33,443 nt of DNA from Barthelona sp. PAP020 (lineage: Eukaryota): the NCBI GenBank assembly GCA_040182905.1, contig JARQWU010000097.1:1-33443 (forward strand), written 5' to 3'. Below are positions 18,535 through 29,800 of this stretch, piece by piece (within the stretch, counting starts at the first letter, position 1; the number at the start of each line of letters is the position of its first letter). The position numbers and the translations under genes were made by a program. The notes beneath the pieces were generated by a model, which was given only the letters and a program-made list of their open reading frames with translations, was not told the DNA's origin and did not search any database.

Positions 18535-18866
18535 ATTGGTTATTAAAGTTGATTTTTGGTTTTCTATTTTTTTCCGCTAAAATTGACAAATAACAAGCTA
18601 TTCCCTTTTTTTTTGCCACTAAAAAGAACAAATCAGCAATTTAGTTGCAGTTTACGGTAACTTTTGACAAAAGTATCACACTGTTGCTAAAATACCTCAA
18701 ATATTTTTCAAAAAGAGCAGTTATCAAATAACCAATATAAAAAAAAAAAAAAAAGGGAAACAAGATTCTATCAAGCAGGCATTTTCAAGTGTGATTATTT
18801 AAATGTTTTATTTATGCTAAACAAATCCTTACACAACATCATAATACGAATTTTCAAATTCACTAC

Positions 18867-20048
18867 TCAATCATCTTCACTACTATCACATTGAGATATC
18901 ATAAAACCAACCATATTGCCTCCATTAGTTTCATTGATATCAACCAAATCCCAACAGGTATCCACAATCATCTTGAATCCCTCTTCATCCATGCAAATAC
19001 CGGCAGCTATCAATTGTCTGATGGCCTGAGTGTCTACATTCATTTCAATGAGATTCGACAGAACATGATCATCAACCTTTGATAATTCAATGAATTTGGA
19101 TTGAAAGGAAGGGAGATAATCTCGTACCAACGGATATATCCTAATCATGTTATTGGAACATCTTCCACACACTAATTGTCTTATGTTGGGAGATACAGCA
19201 AAAGCAAACCCCATACTATCACAACCACAATAGATCTTTTGAATCTCCTGGAAGCTATCCATACCAAACGATGTGATAAAACTATCTGTAGTCATTACAA
19301 ACAGAACAGTGGATGATAGGAAATAAATGGAGTGTATTTGCTCACTCAACTCAAAGATATGAAGAAGTGATTCATCGTCAATGCTCCAGAGTTTGACCTT
19401 GTTCGATTCATCACCAACAGCAATAATTCTTTTGGTTGGATGAAAATCAGCTGCACAAATCAAACCATCATTACTGACTGAATATATGACACATAAATTA
19501 GCCAGATCGATAACCCCAATGGTTATATCACACTCAAGGGTAGCCAAAATATATCGGTAATCTGACGAATAACTGACTATCCGAATCATAGAAGAAGGAC
19601 TGATTTGTTGATTTGAAACAATGCAACCTATTAAGTCCCATCTATTTAGTTTATTATCATCGTCACCAAAAAATAAATATTTTGAACATTTGGAAAAGCA
19701 AATTCCATGAATTTGCTGATCATTGTTCAGTCTTTGCAAAATGGACAAATCTGGGAAACTGTATATGACAAGAGACATGTCGCTTGAACAAATCGCCAAC
19801 TTTTGTCCATCCGGTGAAAAGGAAATACCAGTAATATGTTCTCTTTGATCAATTAAGGTGCATCTCAATCTTTTGTTTTTCGCATCAATAACATGAAGAT
19901 TTCCATATTCACTGCCACAAACTAAATATTTACCATCTAATGAATATTTGCAAACATACATGCAACCAGAAATAACGTTTCCAATCTCACTCCTATTAAT
20001 CTCATCAATTATCACAAAAGGTATAAAATCATTAGGTTTCTCCATCAT
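18867..20048 (-). CDS. WD40 repeat protein with an unassigned ~85-aa C-terminal helical domain
   Basis: YSLDGKYL, FSPDGQKL, FHPTKRII and VKLWS repeats. First ATG is 20048 (the track start is TTG). Confidence 0.88.
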   Translation of the reverse strand: MMEKPNDFIPFVIIDEINRSEIGNVISGCMYVCKYSLDGKYLVCGSEYGNLHVIDAKNKRLRCTLIDQREHITGISFSPDGQKLAICSSDMSLVIYSFPDLSILQRLNNDQQIHGICFSKCSKYLFFGDDDNKLNRWDLIGCIVSNQQISPSSMIRIVSYSSDYRYILATLECDITIGVIDLANLCVIYSVSNDGLICAADFHPTKRIIAVGDESNKVKLWSIDDESLLHIFELSEQIHSIYFLSSTVLFVMTTDSFITSFGMDSFQEIQKIYCGCDSMGFAFAVSPNIRQLVCGRCSNNMIRIYPLVRDYLPSFQSKFIELSKVDDHVLSNLIEMNVDTQAIRQLIAAGICMDEEGFKMIVDTCWDLVDINETNGGNMVGFMISQCDSSEDD

Positions 20049-20326
20049 TTCTTTGCTCAACTTAACAAATCTTTTGAATCAAAGATAATACAAATGAGGA
20101 TAAAAATATTGATTTTGGGAAAACATGGTAAACAAGAAAGTAGAGCAACAAAAGTTAATTGGACAAAATGCGTTAAAATGTGTTGACTCTTCTTAGTGGT
20201 GACATGAATTTAATCAATATTGTATTCTTTCAATGAAAGCTTGAAGAGAATTTTCAAATGTTTTGAGAAATCTTTCACATAACATTGAAAAAAAAGAAAG
20301 TGTACATAACAGCTTTTTACTCACAT

Positions 20327-21799
20327 TCAATCAAACAATTTTTTGAGATTCTCAAAACCCTTAAGAATTCTCTTTACTTCTGCTGCAGACTCTTTATAAT
20401 CCTCAATAAAATCTTTTGAACTACGATAAGAATTTTCTTGAAGCCCATTAGTTTTTGAATCTCTCGAAACGCGAGAAAATTGCTTGATATCGTCAAACGA
20501 TTCATCAGAGTCAGAGTCTGAACTTAAAACAGATCTATTAGACCTTCTTGAATATGACACATCAGACTTAGAAGATAAAGGTCTAGAAGTAACTTTTTGA
20601 GGATGAATAGATGGTTTAGAGGAATGAGAAGAAGATACATCGTTTTTGTAGTTCTTTTTAATGGAAGAAGACTCTCTATTTGAATCTTTAGTTGACCTTG
20701 GACTGTATAAACCTCTACCACCTTTACGTTTTTTCTTATTTTCTTCAATTTTTCTTTGCCTCTCTTTAACCCAGCTGGTGGGGTCAAAAACAGGTACAGA
20801 GCTATTACTAATGGATGAACGAGCACTTGAAGGCCTTCTGTGTCTACTGCTGTTGTTATCAAATGAGGTGTTTACTGTTTTCAATTCACGATCTGTGGTT
20901 TTTCTTCTGTTCATGGAAACATCTGCGCTAAGAGGCCTACGTCTTACATTATTTGATCCAGAATAAGAAACATTTTGGGAATATCTTGGTTTTTGCTGTG
21001 TGTTTGACGTTCTTTTGGTTTCAGTTGCTCTAACTCGTTCTTTTATTTGTCTCCTGTAATGCATAATTTTTTCATTCAGATTTTTTATCTCTGATTTAGC
21101 ATCTTTAAGCTTGTGTGCTAGAGAATCTCTGTCTCTCTTTAACATTTGAATATGTTTTTCACACTTTTCATTCTTTTTTTTTAGTGAGTTAGCTTCTTTT
21201 GCCAAAAATTCAGCTTCAGCCTCAACTTGTTTTAATCTTTTCCCTTGATTATCTAACTTCTTTTTCAAATGTCGAATCTCTTGTTCTTCCTGTTCATAAC
21301 CAATTTCTTTAGATGCTTTAGAACTTAAAACAGGATGTTTTTCCTTTAATTTCATCACTGACTTTTCTTGTACATCCACACTCTTTGTTGTTCGTTTAGT
21401 CTTATTCCTACTCTTATCTATTGGTTGTAATGGTAAAGGAAAATGAATTGGCCGATTCTCTTTTGGTATTGTCAAAATCAAATAGCGATTTTCATTTCTT
21501 GAAATTGTAGTGGTATTATTACCGCCAGAATTTTGACCCATTAAATTTTTTAATTTTTCATATGTAAAAACATCAACAAAACAATCACCATAATAACCTT
21601 TCAAGGTTTGCTCCAATAAATCTGTAAATTTTTCAAATTCTAAAGGATATCGTGCTTTTGTAGTAAACTGTTGAATTTGATTTCTTGTAAAATTGCCATT
21701 CCAAACAAATTGAGGATTATCTATTTGTTTTATCAAAACACTAAATTCATTGGATCCTACTAATAATTCGAGTTCATACTCATCTAAACAAACTCGCAT
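20327..21799 (-). CDS. CCDC61: CCDC61/VFL3 centriolar protein
   Basis: WNGNF...TTKA, VDVFTY..L, NRYLIL...IHFPLPL head domain, a coiled coil and the conserved FDPTSWVKERQRK. First ATG is 21799. Confidence 0.88.
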   Translation of the reverse strand: MRVCLDEYELELLVGSNEFSVLIKQIDNPQFVWNGNFTRNQIQQFTTKARYPLEFEKFTDLLEQTLKGYYGDCFVDVFTYEKLKNLMGQNSGGNNTTTISRNENRYLILTIPKENRPIHFPLPLQPIDKSRNKTKRTTKSVDVQEKSVMKLKEKHPVLSSKASKEIGYEQEEQEIRHLKKKLDNQGKRLKQVEAEAEFLAKEANSLKKKNEKCEKHIQMLKRDRDSLAHKLKDAKSEIKNLNEKIMHYRRQIKERVRATETKRTSNTQQKPRYSQNVSYSGSNNVRRRPLSADVSMNRRKTTDRELKTVNTSFDNNSSRHRRPSSARSSISNSSVPVFDPTSWVKERQRKIEENKKKRKGGRGLYSPRSTKDSNRESSSIKKNYKNDVSSSHSSKPSIHPQKVTSRPLSSKSDVSYSRRSNRSVLSSDSDSDESFDDIKQFSRVSRDSKTNGLQENSYRSSKDFIEDYKESAAEVKRILKGFENLKKLFD

Positions 21800-21961
21800 A
21801 GAATATACATACAATAAAATAAAAAAATTCTTGTTGATTTTTGATTTGCAATTTTATTTTATTGTGGTTGAATTGTTGTTATTGTGAGGTTTTGGGATTC
21901 AATATCGTCCAATCTTTCAATCAGAACTAAGTCATTTCAAACAGCCAGGATTCAAATTCAA

Positions 21962-22000
21962 TGTTTATTGATTATATTAGATCAATATAATCAATAAACA
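21962..22000. repeat. Perfect 17-bp inverted repeat with 5-nt loop
   Basis: tgtttattgattatatt-agatc-aatataatcaataaaca. Confidence 0.95.
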
Positions 22001-22028
22001 ATAACAAATTAAAAGTATTTATAAATAT

Positions 22029-23336
22029 TTACAACATAACAAAAAAATCGCCAGAAGTTGTTGTTGACTTTTTGCCCTTTTCAATTTCTCCAGTTCTTTT
22101 TGAATTATTAATATCCAATTTATCTATTTGAATAAAAGATTGTCCAGGGATCTTAAACTTTAGTTGAATATTTGGATGAATTCCATCAACTCTGTCAATC
22201 AAACCAACCAATTTCTTAGGATTTGGTTGTTCTCGAGAAGGTGTGAATGAAATCATTCCTTCTAACTCAACAGGCTCAACTAACCTCTCCAAATCAAAAA
22301 CTATAGACTTTTCGAAATGTGAATAATTGCAGTATCCTCTATTTGAAGAGAATTCTAAAGATAAAATTCTGTCTTCATTTGTGGTTTGTGGTACAGTCAA
22401 AATTATTCGAAAATCTTGAATATTAGTCATATCTGGCTTGGGTCCAATCTTAATTAACACTTTCAATCTGTCTGCAGCAGTTAATTCAGTGGAACATTTG
22501 ATATTAAAGGGATTCACATTATTCTTTGCTACAGTATATCTAAGAAGCTTAAATCTCCCATCGGGAGGTACAAATTGAATAAGCCTTGATGTTTCCCACA
22601 CACGATACTTAACACAATGATGAAATGAAAGGGTTTGTAATATGGAAGGATTCTTAAATCTCAAAGACAACTGAGGCATTCCACTCAATTGACAATTTGC
22701 TCTAATAACGCCAGATATTGAACTGGTGTTTACAACCCCATTTGCATCACAAATTAAAGTGAATTTCTCAATCGTATCTAACAAAACCCTCTGTAGATCT
22801 GGATCCATTTTTTGACTTCTCCACGGTAATCCGTTTGAAGTTTGACTGGTAAATTGTGGGAGAATATGTTGAGGTTCCTTCAAAGTAATTGTATCACGCA
22901 TCTGAGCAGAATCAATGATCATGGGAACGCCTGCTACAATAAACTCATCTAACATCAAACTGATCTTGGCAGTATTTGTTTGAATCACATAGGAAGTAAC
23001 ATCCCTTTTATCTAAAAAGTCCGCAATTTTATCTGAAAAATTTTCCATTAAACTAATCAATAATACAGGTGATTGTTCTTCCAAACAAACACAAACATAA
23101 TAACAATTTTGGATCTTTAACTGAACAAAAAAATATTTAGATGTCTGTAAAACAATAGGTACCTCATTGTTACCTTCTTTTGCTTGAGAGATTAACTTAA
23201 AAAAATGATCAGACACTCTTTTTGTAACAATTGGTGAGTATGACCTTGATATTAACAAATCTCTGTCATATTAGCTAATAATTACATAATGTCAAAAATA
23301 CCCAACATTACTTAATATAAAGAAACCTGCAATCAT
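22029..23336 (-). CDS. AP3M1: AP-3 adaptor complex mu subunit; complement(join(22029-23262, 23302-23336))
   Basis: Spliced start MIAGFFILSNVGDLLISRSY. LPWR and LSGMPQLSLRFKNPSIL...SFHHCV...FVPPDGRFKLLRY are AP3M-like. Confidence 0.9.
23263..23301 (-). other. Spliceosomal intron, 39 nt
   Basis: GTATTT...GCTAATATGACAG. It contains an in-frame TGA, and its removal restores the mu-adaptin N-terminus. Confidence 0.9.
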
Positions 23337-23818
23337 GAAAGAAGAATTTTTGTGATAAAAAGGGATAAAGCTTTATCAATTTTCAATAAATAACCTTACT
23401 ACATGTTAAATTTAGATAAACATAGTATTTAAAATGTAAATAACACATGTTCTTGAGTTTTTCAATTTTTATTCTTTTTAATTTTTATTATCATTCTCCA
23501 ACCGCAATATAAAGCTTTAAACAACATTACTTCAATGTTCTTCAAATAATATATTTTATTTTTTCTTTTTTTAAGGTGCTATAAACGTACCTTGAACAAC
23601 GTAACCCCAATAAATTCAACTTAAACAACAAATGATTTTCTTAACATTTATTATCATTATTATTATTGCTTTTACGAACTTAATTGAATGATATATGGAG
23701 AAAAAAAGATTGTCTGCATTTTACTATTTAGGAAAAAAAAAATGCCTTCATTTTGACATTTCTGATAAAATTACTGTTGATATATGATAAAGATTCAATA
23801 TTTATTGACAATTGCCAT

Positions 23819-26800
23819 TCAATTTTCTTGTTGATCCAAAATTAACATGAGTTTTTGACTAGCTTGATGTAAACTACTGATAATAGCATGTCTCCTTTTT
23901 TTTAATTCTGTATTTTCCAACTTTTGAACACAACTAAATTCTCTCAACACAGCATCAATTTGTTCTGTACTTTCCAAACTGTTAATTTCATCTCTGTTAT
24001 CAACAGGTTGAACTGATAAACATATCAAAGATTCAGTTAATTCGCACACATTTGCAACAAAACAAATGCCAAAATTGAAAGATTTCAAACTCTTGGGGAA
24101 AATGTCACCTAAATGTTGACTGCTGAAATGTAAAGCAATTGATTGCTCATTATATGTACCATTGGCGTTTGAGATGTAATTTTTCAATGATTTCACCAAA
24201 GGAATGAATTCTTTTTCGGGGAAAATTGGATTTTCACTAGAAAGATGAATCTCCACAAATATATTGCGTAATAGAACAAAAGAAATCAGTTTAAATGCAT
24301 CTGAATTGATGAATACATTATTCGTGGTAAATCCAGAGATAATTGCTAAGGGAAAACTTAACCAATACTGTAATTTTTGTAATGGTGAGTATTTAATCAA
24401 AAAATTACTAAATCCTTGCATATAACTCTTTAATCCATTAATATCACCACTATACTCATTATTTATACATCTACAGATCAAAACTTTTAAAGAATCATAA
24501 TTAATTATGTTATTGTTCGTAATGCAATCACAAGTCGTTATTATAATCTCAAAAATCTCATTCTTCTTACTTTCACATTCAATAATCATACTCTCAAACA
24601 TCATTATATCTTGATTGGTCAATAAGATTCTTGTTGACTTTTCTGATAAGATGTTATTGAATGAATTTTTGATCAAAGCATAGTACCAGCCCCAAATGTT
24701 CAAAATGATAATGATCTCTGGGATACTACTGATATCTGTCAAAATATTTAGATGGATTAAAGTGCTCAATTTTTTAATTGTTGAGAAAGTGTCGATTATT
24801 GAATATTCACTCAAAAGACCTTTGCAAAACAAAGGAAATGGAGGAGGAATGGAATGTTTGATGGATTGAATAAGAATATCTTGGGTTAGAGGATTATTGA
24901 AATCTAAATTGAGTAAAATTTTTTGCAAAAGATTGATGGAAAAAGAAAAAATTTGACTCAACTTTGTTTGTAACAAGGAACAAGTCACGAAAATAAGCTG
25001 AGGATACAACAATATTTCTTTCTTTGTGTTTTCAACAACCAACATCAACAGATCAAGAAGGGTCGCTAAACACATGTAATGAAGAGATGAAGATTCATCA
25101 GAGATCAACTTAGGAATAAACGATAAGAAGTATGACAAGACTTTGCAACTCTTAGGTTTCAATTCATTTGTAGTCAACAAAGCCCTCAAAGACAGCAACA
25201 GCTTGATCAAAAATATAAGTTCATTCGTGCCAAATGAATACGTCAAATCGTCAATAAGCAACTGCCCCATACACAGGCACAAGTCATAAAGTTGTTCTAA
25301 TATAGTACTGTCACACAATTTAACAATACTGGACAGAAGTTGATAAAAAGATAAAGAATTAAGATGTTTGGTCAATTCAGCAGATGATTTGACTTCAAAA
25401 ATATTTTCCATTCTTTCTTCTTGGGTTTTGATGGTGTTGTAACAATGAATGAAATTAACAAACCTGTTTAGCTCAGAAATTCCATTGAAATTCAGAAATT
25501 CGCTGGAAAAATCATCCAGTGATGATTTATAATTCGCTGTGATCGTTGATTTCACTACAGCAGTGACTGTCTCAATCAAAACTTTTTTGGCGCTATTAAC
25601 AACTGTTATTGACCCACTATCAAAACACAGTAAACTCGAATATATTAATACAGACGCTACATGATCACATAACACTATGTTCATCAAATTGCTGGAGGAA
25701 ATCAAGGAAATCAACAAAATCAAAACCTCAATCGCCAATCCTCCCTTTTCTTTGTGCTCATAATCATCAAAAGAATGACCAGTAAACGTTGTCAACAAAT
25801 CATCACTCGTGTCATCAGCAAAATAATGCAGTCTGCCACGATACTGTTTTAAAGATTGATCAACAGTTAGACGAACGCAAATTCTTCGCCCAATTGACGG
25901 TAATAATAATTCTCTCAACATCGTTGTGGCAGTCAGTCCAACAAATGCCGTAGACTCTTCATTAATAATAATTTCAGCAATGTCCAATAACAAAAGATAC
26001 AAAGGATCAATCAACAACTGTTGTTCCCAATCATCCAAATGTTTGAATATTTTCAAAAGTTTCAGCATTTCCTTCATTAGCAAAAACAAAATTATCTCAA
26101 TATTGTTCGAATTGGTTGCTAGACATCTGATAACAGTCAAATACTTATCCATCCGGGTGAATTGCGACAATTTAAATGAGAACCCTAATTTGAACAACTT
26201 TTCAAAAATAGGTGCAGTCAAACAAAAGTTTTCCGCGAGAATTACAAGATAATCCAAAATAACATCCCACCATTGTGTGTGAGTACAAACTCTCAGATTG
26301 TCCAAAAGATAGATAAATAACTTTTCTTGGTTATAACTACCAGACGGTATCAAACATCGAACCATATTACCCAATTCATTGTTGTTTCTAGAAGATTTCT
26401 GAGTAAAACTTTCAATTTGGGAGGATAATGCAATACCCACGTCCAATTGATTGAATGATCCATAGAGAGAAGTGTTTGAAGTGATTTTCTTCCTTTCTAC
26501 CAGCTTATACAATAATAGATTCGTTAAGATGTTAAAATTCTCCATGGAGTGGTTCATATCAGTCAAAATAATCAAAAGACAATAGACAAATGAATCTAAT
26601 CTAAAAACAGTCGTCAATTCAAAAGCATGCAAATAGATGTTCAAATAAGATTGACTCAATCTTTGATTGTTAGCAGAAAACAGGTTATTCAATAAGTGCA
26701 AGGTCAATTGCTTTGATTTATCAAACAACCTACTAAATAAATGAATAAATGAATATTTCAAATTTTCAACAAGAATAAATTTGTCAAAAAACCTCAATAC

Positions 26801-29800
26801 CCCTTCATCATAAGAATCTCTGCCAAAGATGATCATATCACATGTTTGAATGATAAAGGTCCCTAAGATCTCAATTACAGACACATAAAAAGGAGACTGA
26901 CCTCTAATAATCTCCAAATTATCTCCAACAACATCAGAATCAGATGAATCGTTCAACAATAGTATTTTCAAACAAATACGACAGTATGACTTCATGAAAT
27001 CATTAAACTTGGTTTGAAAACTAGAGGCAGAGGGAGATTTATCCTGATCATGCTTCTTAATGATCAACAAAATTTTGCAAATGTTGGAGGCTTGCAATGC
27101 TATCGACGGATCTGTCCAAAAATCGTTAATCGGAAAGTCACGAACAAATCCATGTAACAGATCAATGTCTATCGCTTCAAAATGAACATTATTGTCAATA
27201 AAGGAACGAATCATTGAAAGAAACATAGTTTTTTTGTGTATATCCATTTTAATTGCAGAATTGCCCGAATTAAAATTCACAAGAGGAACAGATGAATTGA
27301 CACCACTATTCATCACAGAACGCGACATGGACGATTGTTCCACCTTACATGATGATAATGGCATGGGACTTGTGGTCCTAGATTCAAAGGATGTAGCAAA
27401 TGAAGTATCCATTGTAGTTATATATGGATGCAATAATTCCAACAATGAGCATATCTGTGTTTGATGAACGTAGCCAAATATTTCACTTCTCAAAACTTCA
27501 ACATGTAAGTCTGAATGACAGTCGTTCATTTCGAGATAATACTGAGAGAAATCAAAGATGGGTGGAAATGGCAAAAATGAAAAAAGCAAAGGCTCAGAAC
27601 ATACAGCTGCCAATAATCGAAATATTTCCCCATAAATGCTGGTTTTAAGCATCACAAATGAAGTATCAACAACATCACAATGGGCTTCAAACATGTGTTG
27701 ATAAAATAATAATATCGTGGAGATGGACCCAAACACGTCAGAATCATCAACTCTATGAAAGATGTTAACAAGTAATAAAACATGAAAACAGATACATTCG
27801 TTTAATTCTGCAACAGTTTGAATGTTTGTGTAATCGATATCCTGCAATAATAACTTTCGAATTAATTCCATATGTGAATCAACCGATGACATGTTTGATG
27901 AAATATTTTCCGGGGAATCGTTAGAATCAGAGTCTAAACGATCCTCAACCTCAGTAAATGGAGAATTTTGATTCAGAGAAGACGAATTTCTTGAGTTATT
28001 GACATTAATATTCAGGTACTTTGATGTTTTGGAGGTATAACCAACGCCATAAACATCTAACAATTGTCTTACTGCAATGAAGCTCTTCATTGTAGAAGGG
28101 AATATCAATGTTGAAAGGTTAAAACCCAATAATGAGAGAATAGACAAACATCTCTCACGTATTGAAGTTAAAGGATGTGATAATAAGGCCAAACAGATAC
28201 TTTTTGAAAGATAATCGTTTTGAAGGTGAATTGATTGGGGTTGAGGCATTTGTTTTTGAGGATTATTTGAGAGTGTGGAAGCTGAAGCAGAGGAAGAAGT
28301 AGAGTATGCAGAAACTAAAAAGGAAGCCTCTACCAATTGTTCAAGATAAGAAAGATATTGTAAAAGATCACAGTTATTATCATTTTGCTTGCTAGAATAC
28401 TGTGTTGATTTGATTCTAGCAAAGTGAAAGGGATTAATGAGAATTAAACGCTGACAAAATAAATATAAGATGGTAGACATCTTAGAAGAGGAACATTTCA
28501 GGAGGAGATTCTTTGCAGCTGTAGCAAGGGTATAGTTTTTGCTAAAAACACAATTGACCATCAAAACCAAATCGTTATTAACAAAGTCCTCCGACAATAA
28601 TCTATGCTCATGAATCAATCGATCATAACAAGTGAAACAAAGGGTTCTAATATGATCAATCAACCAATCCTCACAATCAAACGCTGAATTTGTTCCTATC
28701 ATGAGATTTTTAGTAATATCTTTGATAAACACAAGATCATTTCTTTCCAAATTGATATACAAATTCCAAATCTCATTGAAATTCTTTTTAATTATGCTAG
28801 AAACATAAGATTCCAAAATATTTATATTAACTTGATTGATAAACTTTAAGCAAATATATATCCCTTTGCTCTTTAAAGAAATACCCAATCCAAAACAAAA
28901 TTGTGAAACCAAATCAGCAAAATATTCCTTTCTACTGATTAGCAACAATATATCATTTACAGAAGAATAAAATCGAATGTCTCCTTGATCTTTTTCTTTC
29001 ATCACTTCTAAACCAATCAAATCAACAAAATGTTTTTCCAATATTAGATATACATTGACATCAATATCATTCTCTATAATAGTACCATCAATATGTTGAT
29101 TATGGGTATTAAGACCATTAAGACCATTATTAGAATCATTGTCAATCTCATGCAAATCAGTTGAATTATCAAATAATATTCTTTGAAAATATGCCTTTTC
29201 AATCAATAAAATGGATAATAAAAGCTCAGTATTATGTATATTTCTTAATAGCAGATAATAAACTTCATTCAAATAATCTGAAAGTTCAATATAATCTAAA
29301 GAACTAAAAGCTTCAAAAGCACATAATATATATGGAGTTTTAGTCATATAATGTTTGATTTTAGACAATAATTGACAATCTATTGTATGATCATTGTATT
29401 TTAATGATATTCCATGTAATAAAAAATTCTTAGCAAACTTCATTTGTATTTGCTTGAAAGAATTGATTTGTTGCATTGAAGTTAAAAAGTATTCATTTGT
29501 ATCAATTAAAAATGTTTTTGAATCATTTAATCTTTTTGAAAAGAATCCAACCAATGAAATGACACCAATATTCAAATATTCTATAAATGGTAAATATTTT
29601 AGAAAATTATCAATTTTTCTATCATGAATTGGTAAAGTTTCAAAAATTATTTTTTCAAAAATCAAAAAATTCTCCTCATCCTCAAGCAAAATGTTCAACT
29701 TTGCTAATATCTTGCTACTAAATACATTCAATCGACCCAATTGTATCTCACTAGCAAAAACACAAGTATATAAATTAATAAAATATTTTATCACATCATT

